Shown here: positions 11,302 to 23,647 of the stretch, in pieces
Position numbering within the stretch: position 1 is the first letter of the stretch
How the letters are laid out: every line of letters starts with the position of its first letter
NCBI GenBank assembly: GCA_963815195.1
Contig: CAWFGE010000007.1
Coordinates: 128,001 to 192,000 of the forward strand
Reading direction: 5' to 3'
Source: an uncultured Planctomycetaceae bacterium
GTDB lineage: Bacteria > Planctomycetota > Planctomycetia > Planctomycetales > Planctomycetaceae
DNA length: 64,000 nucleotides
Translations under genes and position numbers: made by a program
Notes under the pieces: generated by a model
The model's input: only the letters and a program-made list of their open reading frames with translations
What the model was told of the DNA's origin: nothing
Databases searched by the model: none

Positions 11302-13178
11302 TTGGGGGAGAAACTCGGGCGTTTTATCAAGTTCCTGGAATTCCATTCATCGGGCAAATGGCTGATTTTGTCCTCGATGATTGGCGTGGTGGCCGGTCTC
11401 GGCGCGATTACATTTCAACTGCTGAGCCAGGTCATCATTCATTTTACGCTCAGCGGGATCGGCGGATTTGCGCCCCAGGAAGCCGAGGGCGAGTATCATA
11501 TCTTCCCGCACGTCAAAAATGAATTGTCGCTGACCAACCTGATGATCATCATCACCGCCGGCGGGTTGGCGTCGGGGTTTTTGGTCTATACGTTTGCCCC
11601 GGAAGCCGAGGGGCACGGCACCGATGCCGCGATCGACGCCTTCCATAACAAGCGGGGCATGATCCGCGCCCGGATTCCGATCATCAAGACCCTGGCGTCG
11701 GCGATTACCATCGGCACGGGCGGATCGGGCGGGCGGGAAGGACCGATCGCCCAGATCGGGGCGGGGTTCGGTTCGTTTCTGGCGACGAAATTGAACCTCT
11801 CGGCGCGGGACCGGCGAATTATGCTGGCGGCCGGGATGGGGGCCGGCGTGGGGGCGATCTTCCGCGCGCCGCTCGCCGGGGCGCTGTTCGCCGGGGAAAT
11901 TATGTACCGCGACGCCGATCTCGAATCCGACGTGATCGTGCCCGCGGCGATCGCGTCGATCGTCGGCTACAGTGTGTACGGATTGTCGCTGCCGTCTGAG
12001 ATTTGGTTCTCGCCGCTGTTGGGCAACAAGTTGAAATACACCCTCGGCTCGCCTCTGGAACTCTTCTCTTACGGCGTGTTGTCGCTGGTGCTCGTGGTCG
12101 TGGCGGTGATCTACATCAAGGTGTTCTACGGCACGCACAAGCTGTTTAAGAAACTGCCGATCCCGCCGCACTTCCGCCCGGCGATCGGGGCGGCCCTCGC
12201 CGGGTTGTGCGGGATTGCATTTTATCTGGCGATGGATCGGGAACCGCATGCGATGGCGGTGCTCTCCACGGGCTACGGCTCCCTGCAGCAGGCTCTGATC
12301 GAGGGCGGGGCCTTGGCGGACAAATCCCGCGAGGGACTGGTCGTGCTGTTGCTGTTGATCGCGCTCATCAAAATCGTCACGACATCGCTGACGATCAGTT
12401 CCGGCGGCTCGGGCGGCGTGTTCGGGCCTTCGATGGTGATCGGCGGATGTCTGGGGGCCGCGGTCGGGCAGTATTTTCAACGGTTTGAAGCCGCCTATCC
12501 CAACTGGGTGGCCAATCCGCAGGCGTACGCAATCGTGGGGATGGCGGGCTTTTTCGCGGGCTGCGCCATGCGCCGTTTTCGACGATCATCATGGTCTCGG
12601 AACTGACGGGCGATTATCACCTGCTCCTGCCGACGATGTGGTGCTCGATGCTCTGCTTTTTAATGTGCCGGCGTTGGAGCCTTTACGACAAGCAAGTCCC
12701 CACCCGGCTGGAATCGCCCGCGCACCGCGGGGATTTCATCGTGGATGTCCTCGAGGGGCTCCGCGTGGCCGATGCCTACCGCAAAGATCGCAAGATGATC
12801 TACATTCCCGAATCGATGTCCCTGGACGACATCGTGCACACCCTCGCCAAGACCAACCAGCATTACTTCCCGGTCATCGACAAGAACGAAAAGCTCGTCG
12901 GCATATTCTCCTCGGACGATGTGCGGAGTTGGCTGTATGACGATTCCATCTGGAAGCTCGCCGTGGCGCGGGACGTGATGGTCACGAACATCGTCAGCGT
13001 CACGCCGGACGACGACCTCAACACGGCCCTCCAAAGGTTCACGGCCCTCAATCTCGACGAGCTGCCCGTCTTGGACCCCGAAGACCGCGGCAAACTCCTG
13101 GGCATGCTCCGCCGCAAAGAAACCATCGCCGCCTACAACCAAAACCTGATGAGGCACAAACAGGCGCTGGAAGTCTAG
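11302..13178 (+). CDS. ClC/EriC chloride channel or antiporter with two CBS domains; frameshift near 12567
   Basis: GHGTD, GSGGREGP and GGSGGVFGP motifs. Adding one C gives GCAHAPFSTIIMVSE and joins the CBS-containing ORF 12591-13178. Confidence 0.9.
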
Positions 13179-13756
13179 CTGAATCGCCTTTGAGGCCGGC
13201 GGTCAATAAACGGAACTTGCATGTTACGGGAAGAAAATCACCTGCCCATAAACATGGTTCTTCCGGCGAATGAGGGGGGCAACGACGACGGTGTTACAGA
13301 ATATCTTGTGTGCTCTTTCATCGTTGCCGAGGACATAGATGCCATCGCCACCAACCACTCGGCGATCTCGCGGCATGGTATTTCATGCCGGTGAATCAGC
13401 AGCGGCGGCGGGTCTGCCATCTGTTCGTCGCGGATGGCATAATTGTTTTCGATTGCCCACGAAATGAGATCGCCGTCGAGCGTGCCGTAGTCCGTGCACC
13501 GTCGCTTTCAACCCAAACGACTTCGATCTCAAGGTTGGCGATGGACGATGGCTGAGCCATCGCCGCGAGAAGTTCGTTTGAAATCGTTTATTAGCCCGCC
13601 TTCTGATCGCTCAGCTTGTCGCTACATGGCTTGCGTCACGAACGAACTCGCCCGTGACGAATCGAAAAAAGCCACGACTGACACAGCCGTGGCGCGGGAG
13701 GGGTTCGTTTGGGAGAGAGGGATTTGGGGAGCATCGGGACAATGGTTCGCTGGTTC

Positions 13757-13903
13757 TCAATCAAACTCCGCGAGCGCGTTGTCAAAATCGTCCGGGTCGG
13801 GCTGAAACACCAGCATGTCGAGCCAATGGGCCGCATGGTGCAGATCGGTTTCCATCGATTCCGTGAGACAAGCCAGGATTTCGGACGTGTGGGCGAAGTG
13901 CAT
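13757..13903 (-). CDS. Small acidic hypothetical protein, 48 aa (below the ORF-track cutoff)
   Basis: MHFAHTSEILACLTESMETDLHHAAHWLDMLVFQPDPDDFDNALAEFD, preceded by an AAAAGGA RBS-like sequence. Confidence 0.5.
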   Translation of the reverse strand: MHFAHTSEILACLTESMETDLHHAAHWLDMLVFQPDPDDFDNALAEFD

Positions 13904-14217
13904 GCGGAAGTCCTTTTCTATGCGTCAAAAGGGTGGAGAAATAGAAGGGAGAGAGGGATTTGTCGTTGCCGGGAATTGTTGTCGGGATGCTCATTCCTTA
14001 AAGCACGTCGCGTGCCAAAGCGGAAAACGCCGGGAGATTTTCGCCGTTTGCCTTGTTTTCTGCGGAACGAGTCGTTCTTGTGATTGAGACATGGCGTGGG
14101 CCTGGGAAAAAAATGCAAGGACCCGCCCCGATTCGGGGACACCTTTACCAAATTCATCAACGGTAGATAACGGCTCGCCAAAAGACTGAAAAACGACAAC
14201 TGAAAACCGAGGCAAGA

Positions 14218-15952
14218 ATGATTTCAACTTGGGCAACGCTGGGCATCCTGGCGGCGGGGATGGCCGTGGTCATTGGCGGGATTCTGGCCCTCAGGCTGCA
14301 CGCGTTCTTGGCGTTGATCTTCGGAGCCTTGCTCGTCAGCGCCCTGACGCCCCAAGCCGCGGTCGTGAACCACGCCGCCGGCCGCGATGGTTTTCCGCTT
14401 GTCTCCGCCGGGAGTTACCAGGCGTTTTTCACCGCGGAGGGAAAAGAACGCAGGGGTCAATTTGGGAAAGGACGCGTCCTTGCCAAGCTGGGGCCGAAGC
14501 AATCGGCCGCCGTCGGCCGCGAGATGCTGTTGATCTCCCTTCCGAATCTCGAACCCCTGGGCCGGTTTCGCGTCGAAGAGATCGTGAAAGCCAGGCAGCA
14601 GGAAACCTCCAAACGCCGGGACATGCTGGCCGTCCTGAAACCGATCGATGAACAGGCCGAACGCCTCGCGGAAATTCCGGCCGACGCGGTGGCGATCGAT
14701 CCCGCGGCGCTCGCGGCCGCGAAAAGCCTGGGCAACGCCACCATCGGCCAGCGCGTGGCCTCAGGTTTCGGTAGCACCTGCGCAAACATCGGCATCTTGA
14801 TCGCGATGGCGTCGATCATCGGCAAATGCCTGCTCGACAGCGGGGCCGCCGACCGCATCGTGCGCACCGCCCTCGGCTGGTGGGGCGAGCGCGGGGCACC
14901 CCTGGCGTTTTTGTTCAGCGGGTTTTTGCTGGGAATTCCCGTGTTTTTCGACACCGTGTTCTACTTGATGATCCCCTTGGGCAAAGCCCTGCAAATGCAG
15001 ACCCGGCGGAATTATCTGCTCTATGTGCTGAGCATCGTGGCCGGGGCGACGATGGCCCATTCCCTCGTCCCGCCCACGCCCGGACCGCTGTTGGTCGCCG
15101 AGCAGTTGGGGATCGACGTGGGCGTGATGATCCTCGCCGGCGGAATCGTCGGCTTCTTCGCGGCGGGCTTCGGCTACGTCTACGCGACGTTCGCCAACCG
15201 GATTTGGGAACTGCCGCTCCGCGAGTCGCCCGATTTTTCTTTGAAGGACCTGGAAGCCGTCGCCCAGCGGGACATCAGCGAACTCCCGCCGTTCTGGCTG
15301 GCCTTGACGCCGATTCTATTGCCGGTCGTGCTCATCGGCGGCTACACGATTTTGAGCCCCCTGTTGCCCGCCGGGTTCTGGAAGAAAACCGCCGCCACGC
15401 TGGGCGACAAAAACATCGCCCTCGTCCTCTCGGGAATCATCGCAATGCTGATGCTAGCCTGGCAGAAGCGAACCAGTTGGAAAGCCCTTGCGGAACCCAT
15501 GCAAGCCGCGCTCGCCAGCGGGGGCGTGATCATCCTCATCACCGCGGCGGGCGGAGCCTTCGGCAGCGTGCTTCAGCAGACGGGCGTTTCGGGATTGATC
15601 GGCCAACTTTCCACCACCGAACCGAGCGTGGTCGTGCTGTTGGCATTCGCCATCACCACCGCAATCCGCACCGCACAAGGTTCCGCGACCGTCGCCATGA
15701 TCACCGCCGTGGGCATCCTGGGCGGCATCGAGCGCGGACCTGACCTTTCATCCCGTGTATCTCGCGCTCGCCATCGGCTGCGGCTCCAAGCCCATCGCCT
15801 GGATGAACGACAGCGGCTTTTGGGTCATCACGAAAATGAGCGGCATGAGCGAAGCCGAGGGCCTGAAATACGTCACCCCCATGACCACCAGCATGGGCAT
15901 CGTGGGGTTGATTGTGACCCTCATCGGCGTCAATTTTTTCCCGAACTTTTAG
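14218..15952 (+). CDS. GntP-family permease with an inserted soluble domain; frameshift near 15732
   Basis: LHAFLAL, SGAADRIV, IPVFFD, HSLVPPTPGP and AQGSATVA. The shifted frame continues as HPVYLALAIGCGS...WMNDSGFWV. Confidence 0.88.
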
Positions 15953-16009
15953 AGCACTGGGAAACAATGATCCTTAAGGATCGCTCGATAAATAACGGTC
16001 GCATTTATG

Positions 16010-16075
16010 AGCCGCAGGGCGCTAGCCCCGGTTCATGGGAAGAACCGGACACGAGCGCAGTTCCGGCTGATAATT
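16010..16075. repeat. REP-like doublet, family A (AGCCGCAGGGCGCTAGCCCCGGTTC)
   Basis: Near reverse complement of 35843-35910; located between convergent genes. Confidence 0.8.
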
Positions 16076-16876
16076 AGACAGTTATTTCTCGAAGGTCCTA
16101 AGCGGCCTTGCCAAGGCTTGTTTCCGCGGGTTCCTGCGCTTTTCCGCGGTTTGGGTTGGGCCCCCGCTTTGGGCCACGAGCGAAACCGCAGCCGCATGAG
16201 CGTGAACGCGTAACTCAAGATAAAGGCGAACAGGTTCCGCTTGCTTTCGCCTTCATCGCGCCGCTTGAACGTAAAAGGCACTTCCTTAATCCGCAGCGGA
16301 CCGCCGTCGTGCGCGAGGCCCACCATGATTTCTTCCACCACGTCAAAGTTGTCGCAGCGAAGATCCAAGGCCCGCAAGCGGTCGCCGTCGTAGACCTTAT
16401 AACTATTGGACATATCCCGGCACGGAATGCCTAGCACGATTGCATAGGTCATATTGAGGACCCGACTCATCAGTTCCAGGATCGCGGCGTTTTCCGTGCT
16501 GCCGCCGCGGACATATCGCGAGGCAATCACCAGATCGTGCTCCCAGGCGTGCTTGTAGAGCTCCTGAATAAACTCCGGCGGATGCGAGCCGTCGGCGTCC
16601 ATAAACACCACATGCAGCCCGCGCGTTTCCCGGATCCCCGTGCGATAGGCGTCGCCGAAGTCATTCGAAGGCGAGCGGTTGATGCAGCGAATGCCGTGGC
16701 CCGCGCAAATCTCCGCCGTCTCGTCCCGGGGCGCAGACGGTATCTATCACCAGGACCTCATAAGAGATCCCCATGGCCGCCAGCGACTCGTTGAGCCTCG
16801 GCAAGAGAATCTTCAAGTTTGCCGCCTCTTCATAAGCCGGCAGCACGACGCTCAACGCGATATTAGTTTGCAACAT
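16033..16876 (-). CDS. Family-2 glycosyltransferase, polyprenol-phosphate glycosyltransferase (DPM1/GtrB)-like; frameshift near 16730
   Basis: [14 protein letters not shown], then in a shifted frame [21 protein letters not shown] and [17 protein letters not shown]. Confidence 0.85.
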
Positions 16877-17891
16877 GATCCTTCACCCACTCCAGCATGG
16901 AACGAATGCCCGTGCGATAATCCACTTCCGGTTCCCAGCCAAGCAACCGCCTGGCCTTAGTAATGTCGGCGATAAACACCCGCTGATCGCTCGAGCGCGG
17001 CGGGAGTTTTTTATATTCGAGCGTCACACCGACTTCTTGCTCCAGCACGTCGAACAGTTCCAATAACGAAAGGCTGTTCGCCGTTCCGCCGCCAATGTTA
17101 AACGCCTGTCCGCCGGACTTATCCCGGTGCGCCACGGCGGCAAAGTACAGGTTCACCATATCCTTTGCATGCAGAACATCACGGACTTGTTTGCCGTTGC
17201 CGCAAATCGTAAACGGTTCACTGCGAGGAAAGGTCGCCTTTTCAATGGCCTTGCTGCAGAACCAGCCGATCCAACCTTGATCCGCCGTCGAAAACTGCCG
17301 GCCGCCATACATCGAGGAATGCCGAAACACCACGGTATTCAGATCGAACATGCGGGCATAGTCGAGCATATATTGATCGGCCGCCCCCTTGGAGCAGCCG
17401 TAGGGCGAATGAAAATCGAGCTGCACGGTTTCGGGAAAGCCGAGGGGATACTCGGCCGCGACATAACGAGTCGCGTGCTCCTCATAGGGCGTCCATTGCA
17501 GGTCTCCGTAAACTTTGTTTGTCGAAGAGTAGACCACGGCGGCGCTCGGAGAATACCGCCGAACCGCTTCCAGCACATTGAATGTGCCGAGCGTGTTGAT
17601 TTCAAAGTCGGCGCGTGGATTGGCAATCGATGTCGTCATGGCCACCTGGCCGGCCAGATGAAATACCACGTCCGGCTTAAGGTTCCGAATCAAGTTCGCG
17701 ACGGCCTGGGCGTCGCGAACGTCGGCCTGGTGAAAGTCGAACTCGCCGAGCGATTGAAGATAGATCAAGTTCTCTACGGACCCCACGCGATTGAGGTTGT
17801 CCAGGACCGTCAATTCTTCGTTGCGCTTTAGAACTTCCGCGGCCAGGTTGGAACCGAGAAAGCCGCAGCCGCCTGTCACCAAAAACTTCAT
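16863..17891 (-). CDS. rfbE: CDP-paratose 2-epimerase (tyvelose epimerase)
   Basis: [64 protein letters not shown] and DQGWIGWF. Confidence 0.9.
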   Translation of the reverse strand: MKFLVTGGCGFLGSNLAAEVLKRNEELTVLDNLNRVGSVENLIYLQSLGEFDFHQADVRDAQAVANLIRNLKPDVVFHLAGQVAMTTSIANPRADFEINTLGTFNVLEAVRRYSPSAAVVYSSTNKVYGDLQWTPYEEHATRYVAAEYPLGFPETVQLDFHSPYGCSKGAADQYMLDYARMFDLNTVVFRHSSMYGGRQFSTADQGWIGWFCSKAIEKATFPRSEPFTICGNGKQVRDVLHAKDMVNLYFAAVAHRDKSGGQAFNIGGGTANSLSLLELFDVLEQEVGVTLEYKKLPPRSSDQRVFIADITKARRLLGWEPEVDYRTGIRSMLEWVKDHVAN

Positions 17892-18786
17892 GCGATCTTC
17901 CTTTGTGTCATATTGTTGCGATAATAGTCCACCGTCTGGCGCAGGCCCGCTTCCAAATCCGTTTGAGGCCGCCAACCGAGTTCCACGAGCCGGTGAATAT
18001 CGGCCCGGGATTCCATGACTTCACGCTCGCGGTAAGCCACGGCACCATAATTGACATAAGTGTCACGATTGCCCGTCAGCGTGTGAAGCGTTTCCACGAC
18101 ATCCCGCAATCGATAGGCCTCTCCGCTGCCCACGGGGATTTCATAATAACCTGGATGCCAATGTATCCCTTGATCAAGCAAAACATTGAGCGCATCGACA
18201 AGATCGCTGATATATAAGAAATCCCGTCTTTGTTCGCCTTTTGTCAGCTCGATTGTTTCCGCCGGTTCCAGGAACTTTTTAATCAGAAAGCGGATCAACC
18301 GCGCATCATCTTCCCCGGGTCCATAGAAATGCTCGAGCCGGCCGTCAATGGCAACGATTTGCGACGCATTATGCCTTAGCCATTGGGAGAATTGATTTTT
18401 CGATAGGGAATAGGCATTGATTTCCGGAGGCAGCGATGTGCCGGCATTCAGGAACACTGAGGTCTTATGCTGCACCGCAAGTTCCAAAAGCTGTAACGGC
18501 AAGCGAAGGTTGGCCTCGATAACGGCAAGGCGGTCCGCATCGCGCCCGTAATTCGCCAGGCAGTTCACAACCGCATCCACTTGCCCGCTTCGAAATAGAT
18601 GAGCGAACTCGTCGCCGCCGACTTCAACGAACGAGATCTCTGAACGAATATCCGCCAGTCGATCGAAGCCGGAACTCGCGCGGCAAAGCCCATACACCCG
18701 CCAGCCGCCTGTGTCAACAAGTCGGCGTGCAAGTTGGCTGCCTAAGTAGCCGGTGATACCGGCGATCAGGATTCGCGCGAGTTCAT
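17888..18786 (-). CDS. CDP-paratose/abequose synthase-like NAD-dependent 4-reductase (start approximate)
   Basis: [25 protein letters not shown] and [13 protein letters not shown]. It lies between rfbH and the epimerase; the ATG at 18786 is one base out of frame. Confidence 0.75.
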
Positions 18787-18834
18787 TGGTCTTTGCAAAA
18801 AGAAATTCAAGACGTGCCCGAATCGAACGGATTA

Positions 18835-20191
18835 CTAGGCGGTTCGTCGATAAGAATGCGATCCCTGGCACACGCCGAGACGGATTTGCTCTGCGATATA
18901 GTGGATCATTTCGCACGTGAGTCCGGGATAGACTCCCACCCAGAAAGTCTGTTCGGTGATAAGGTCCGCGTTGGCGAGGTCGCCGACGATGCGGTGTGGA
19001 ATGTTTTTGTAGGCCGGTTGACGCAGCAAGTTGCCTCCGAAAAGCAGCCGCGTTCCGATTTTGGCAGCGGTCAAGTGCGCGATGAGGTCGGTGGCGCGCA
19101 ATGTTCGCCGTAGGTTGAATCGTAATCGGAAAGCCGAACCAGGAGGGTTCGCTGTGCTCGGTCGCTTCGGGCAGGATCAGAATATCCTCCAGGTCTCGAA
19201 GCTCCCGGTGCAGTTGGTCGAAGTTGGCCCGGCGGCGCTCAATAAAATCCGGCAATTTGTCGAGCTGCGCGACGCCGACGGCGGCCTGCATGTCGCTGGC
19301 TTTGAGATTATAGCCGATATGACTATAGACATATTTGTGGTCGTAGCTTTCGGGCAATTCGCCGTGCTGCTGGCAGAAGCGCTTGCCGCAGGTGTTGTCG
19401 TGTCCGGGCGGGCACCAGCAATCGCGGCCCCAATCGCGGAAGGATTCCAAAACTTTTTTCAACAAAGGAGAGTTCGTCATCACAGCCCCGCCTTCGCCCA
19501 TGGTGATATGATGAGCCGGGTAGAAGCTGGTGGTTGCAATATGCCCGTATGTTCCCGCATACTTGCCCCGGTACTTGGCACCGATGGCATCGCACGTGTC
19601 TTCAATCACCCACAACTGATGCCGGTTCGCGACGTCCATCACGGCGTCGAGATTAAACGGGTTGCCGAGCGTATGGGCGATGCAGATCGCTTTCGTCCGA
19701 TCGGAAACCGCCTCCTCCAAGCGGTTCGGATCGATGTTATAAGTGGGAATGTCCACATCGACAAACACGGGAATCATGCCATTTTGGAGGATCGGGTTGA
19801 CGGTCGTCGGAAAGCCGCTGGCGACGGTGATCACTTCGTCGCCGGGTTTGCATTGGCGTTCACCGAGCAGCGGCGACGTGAGCGCGGACACCGCCAACAG
19901 GTTGGAGCTCGAGCCCGAGTTCGTGACGAGCGCGCTGCGAACGCCGAGGAAACGGGCGAACTTTTTTTCAAACTCGTCCGTGAAGCGTCCCGCGGTCAGC
20001 CAGAAGTCGAGCGAGGAATCGACCAACAGGGCGAGTTCCTCATCGTCGAAAACTTTGCCGGACACAGGCACAGGATCGATCCCGGGACGAAACGGGCGTT
20101 TGGGCCATTTCGCACGAGAATAGCTTCGGGTCAAGCGGAGGATTTCTCGACGCAAATCTTCGGCGGATGTTTCACTGATGGAATCGGTCAT
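18835..20191 (-). CDS. rfbH: CDP-4-keto-6-deoxy-D-glucose 3-dehydrase (E1, DdhC); frameshift near 19095
   Basis: [54 protein letters not shown] and YDHKY. The C-terminus [17 protein letters not shown] is in a shifted frame. Confidence 0.92.
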
Positions 20192-20304
20192 CCTTGACCC
20201 CGCAGGTGATGTGTGGTCTGTGTGATTATTAGCAATACTTGAATTAGTAGATTGAATCGAGCGACCAGTCGAATTGCGCTCACTTCCGCTTGTTCTAGGG
20301 AACG

Positions 20305-20332
20305 GAACCGGGGCTAGCGCCCGGCGATTAAT
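20305..20332. repeat. REP-like single copy, family A
   Basis: GAACCGGGGCTAGCGCCCGGCGATTAAT. Confidence 0.6.
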
Positions 20333-21467
20333 GATCGTAAACTAGGCGGCTCGGAGTGGCGCTCTGATCTATCAGGAATCCAGGACTTCGCAAAAGAGGC
20401 TAGCTGGCTGATCTTCATCTCGGCGAGTTGGATTTGCTGTTTACTATAGTCCCAAATGCTATTTGAATCCTCTTGCCAGGCTTTATACCAATCGACCGTC
20501 CATTGGAGACGCCTTTCGGCCGCGAGCAGCGGTTGCCAGCCCAAAAGGGCGACGGCTTTGCTGGAATCGAGCTTTAGAAAGTGGGCTTCATGAGGGCCAG
20601 ATTCCATCTCAGCCTCGGTGACTTTCCCGCCGCCCCAGGTGTGGACAAATTGCCGGGCGATGTCGCGGACCATTAAGGGTTCAATATCGATGGGGCCGAA
20701 GTTCCAAGCGGCCGCGGCGTGTGGATGACCCTCCGCCAGCGCGGCTCCAAGCAGAATATAACCGCTCAATGGTTCTAACACATGTTGCCAGGGTCTGAGC
20801 GCCGTCGGCCGGCGAAGATGGATCGGCTGCCCGGCGAAATGGCGCGGACCATATCGGGCACCAACCGGTCTTCCGCCCAATCGCCGCCCCCGATGACATT
20901 CCCCGCCCGGGCGGTGGCCAAGCACCGGCAGGCGGTTTGTTCGGGAAAGGATTGCCGGTAAGAGGCCGCCAGGATTTCCGAGCAGGCTTTGCTGCTGCTA
21001 TAGGGATCATGGCCCCCTAGGGGGTCGGCTTCGCGATAGCCCCAATGCCATTCGCGGTTTTCGTAGCATTTGTCGGTGGTAATGACGACGGTGGCTTGGA
21101 CCGAATCGGTTTGCCGGGCCGCCTCCAGCACATGAGCCGTGCCCATCACATTAACCGCATAGGTGCCGACGGGATCTTCATAGCTCAAACGCACGAGCGG
21201 CTGGGCGGCGAGATGGAAGATGACATCGGGCTCTATGTCTTGAACAACATCTCTCACGAGTTGCGGATCGCGGATGTCACCGTGGATTGAGGGCATGTGG
21301 GCATCGATGCCGGGCCAGCCTTGCCGCATCGCATCGGTGGGCGGCAGGCTCAAGCCGTGGACCTCGGCTCCAAGTTCTTTGAGCCACAAACCCAGCCAAA
21401 TCCCCTTAAATCCGGTCAAGCCGGTAATCAGTACGCGTTTGCCTGGATAAAAATCTCGCACCGCCAT
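20314..21467 (-). CDS. rfbG: CDP-glucose 4,6-dehydratase; frameshift near 20835
   Basis: [36 protein letters not shown] and [12 protein letters not shown], then [13 protein letters not shown] and [13 protein letters not shown] in a shifted frame. Confidence 0.92.
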
Positions 21468-21530
21468 TTAACTATATCCTTGCCGATCGAAGGTGTCCTG
21501 GGAGTCGCTGCGCTCGATCTATTGCCGTAA

Positions 21531-21612
21531 TTGAGTGGCAGGCGCTCGCTTCCGGTTTCGATGAAAGGATCTTTCCAAAATCAAAACCGGCGGCTAGCGC
21601 CTTGCCGCTCAC
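21531..21612. repeat. REP-like doublet, family A variant (AACCGGCGGCTAGCGCCTTGCCGCTCAC)
   Basis: Matches the unit at 32148-32303; a degenerate inverted arm lies at 21531-21559. Confidence 0.65.
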
Positions 21613-21649
21613 GTTTGCAGAGGAATGCATTTCTCATACCCGTTTTACA

Positions 21650-22477
21650 TTAGGCCGCTTTAGGTCGCTTGATGATGTCGGGGGATTCGAAGGGCATCTT
21701 GTTGATGAGCCAACTCGCCCATGGGGCCTCGCCGGTGGTCCATAGATGTTCGAGGTGGTTTTTGTCGCGGAGCGTATCCATGGGCTGCCAGAATCCGGAA
21801 TGTTTATAGGCCGAGAGTTGCCCGTCCGCGGCCAGGCGCTGCAGCGGTTCGCGCTCCCAGATCGTTTGGGAAGCGTCGATATAATCCAGCACAGCGGGCG
21901 AGAGCACGAAGAAGCCGCCGTTGATCCAACTCCCATCGCCCAGGGGTTTTTCGGTGAACTCTTCGATGCCGTGGCCCTCATTGAGCTTGAGGGCCCCAAA
22001 CCGTCCCGGCGGCTGCACGGCGGTGAGCGTGGCGAGTCGCCCGGATTCTTTGTGGAACGAAACCAGCTCGGTGATGTTGACGTTGCTCACGCCGTCGCCG
22101 TAGGTCATACAGAAATCGTCATCGCCCAGGTGCTGCCGAACTCCCAGCAATCGGCCGCCGGTCATTGTGTCGAGGCCGGTCTCGACGAGGGTCACTTTCC
22201 AAGGCTCGACCTGGCGGTCGTGGACGATCATGTCGTTGTTGCGCAAATCGAACGTCACGTCCGACTGATGCAAAAAGTAGTTCGCAAAGAACTCTTTAAT
22301 TACATAACCTTTGTATCCCAGGCAGACGATGAATTCGCGAAATCCATGCTCGGCATAGATCTTCATGATGTGCCACAGGATCGGCCGGCCGCCGATCTCG
22401 ACCATCGGCTTGGGCTTGGTTTCCGATTCTTCGGAGATGCGGGTGCCATAACCCCCGGCCAGCAGCACGACTTTCAT
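21650..22477 (-). CDS. rfbF: Glucose-1-phosphate cytidylyltransferase
   Basis: [35 protein letters not shown] and [11 protein letters not shown]. Confidence 0.96.
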   Translation of the reverse strand: MKVVLLAGGYGTRISEESETKPKPMVEIGGRPILWHIMKIYAEHGFREFIVCLGYKGYVIKEFFANYFLHQSDVTFDLRNNDMIVHDRQVEPWKVTLVETGLDTMTGGRLLGVRQHLGDDDFCMTYGDGVSNVNITELVSFHKESGRLATLTAVQPPGRFGALKLNEGHGIEEFTEKPLGDGSWINGGFFVLSPAVLDYIDASQTIWEREPLQRLAADGQLSAYKHSGFWQPMDTLRDKNHLEHLWTTGEAPWASWLINKMPFESPDIIKRPKAA

Positions 22478-22756
22478 GAGGAGTCCTTTCCAATCCCAGG
22501 CTCGCGAGCCTGCGTCGACCGCTCGGTGTTTCGGGACGGTGCGAATCCCTCGTGGATTGCGGATGGTCCATCCCCCCGAATTTGCGGGGAATCCTAATCT
22601 ATTCGAGGCCCCGCCGCTAGCCCATTTTTCACCTGCATTTTTGTGATTTCTGCTTTTGTCCGCTGCCCTTTCGCGGCGGAGCCATTCTTGGCATGATGGG
22701 AAGTTCGATGCCGGCTGCCTTGTCCGTGGGTCTTTTGAATCAGGTGAATTTTAGCG

Positions 22757-23647
22757 ATGCGCATGTGCTGTCTGTTTTCCGCCGCGGTGTTGTTGTTGTT
22801 GAACGGGTTTTTGCAGCCTTCGTCACGGGCGGCGCAGCCGGAAGGGGAAGCGCATGTGTATAAGACCGTGGGCGAGCGGAAACTGCGTCTCTATGTGACG
22901 AAGCCCGCGGAGTGGAAAGCGTCGGATCAGCGGCCGGCGATTGTGTTTTATCACGGCGGCGGCTGGGTGGGCGGAGCCCCCGGGCAATTCACGGAGCACG
23001 CGAAATATTTCGCCTCCCGCGGCCTGGTCACGGTGCAGGTGGAATACCGGTTGCTCGACCGCAAAAAGAACGAGCCGCCCACTGTCTGCGTGCACGATGC
23101 CAAGTCCGCGATGCGCTGGGTTCGCGGACATGCCGGGGAGTTGGGAATCGATCCGGACCGCATCGCGTCGGCCGGCGGTTCTGCGGGCGGGCACCTGGCG
23201 GCGTTTGTGGGGACGGTGGACGGGCTCGACGACCCGGCGGACAACCTCAAAATCTCCGCGAAGTCCAATGCAATGGTGCTGTTCAATCCCGTGTTCGACA
23301 ACGGCCCGAACGGCTGGGGCCATGCCCGCGTGGGGGACCGTTACCGCGAGTTTTCCCCGCTGCACAACGTCTCGGCCGACGATCCTCCCGCGATCGTGTT
23401 TTTGGGATCGGCCGACAAGCTCATCCCCGTCGAGACGGCTAAGAATTTTCAAAAGGCGATGGAGAAAGCCGGGCGGAAATGCACCGTGAAGATCTTTGAA
23501 GGCGAGCCCCACGGCTTTTTCAACTACGGACGCGGCGGCAACAAGCCGTATTACGAAACCGTGCTGGCGGCCGACCGGTTCCTGGCGTCTTTGGGCTGGC
23601 TGTCGGGAGAACCCACGCTCGAAAAACCAAAGACCGCGAAGAATTAG
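22757..23647 (+). CDS. Exported alpha/beta hydrolase (esterase/lipase)
   Basis: Signal peptide, HGGGW, GGSAGGH, catalytic Asp (ADKLIP) and PHGFFN. Confidence 0.9.
   Translation: MRMCCLFSAAVLLLLNGFLQPSSRAAQPEGEAHVYKTVGERKLRLYVTKPAEWKASDQRPAIVFYHGGGWVGGAPGQFTEHAKYFASRGLVTVQVEYRLLDRKKNEPPTVCVHDAKSAMRWVRGHAGELGIDPDRIASAGGSAGGHLAAFVGTVDGLDDPADNLKISAKSNAMVLFNPVFDNGPNGWGHARVGDRYREFSPLHNVSADDPPAIVFLGSADKLIPVETAKNFQKAMEKAGRKCTVKIFEGEPHGFFNYGRGGNKPYYETVLAADRFLASLGWLSGEPTLEKPKTAKN

Noticed and set aside
13200..13640. Short ORFs or gene remnant after the ClC gene
   Set aside because: No recognisable motif or consistent frame; it could be a decayed gene, but I cannot support a call.
17888..20191. Apparent 767-aa RfbH-reductase fusion
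   Set aside because: It is caused by the frameshift near 19095; the true RfbH C-terminus is in another frame and stops at 18835.
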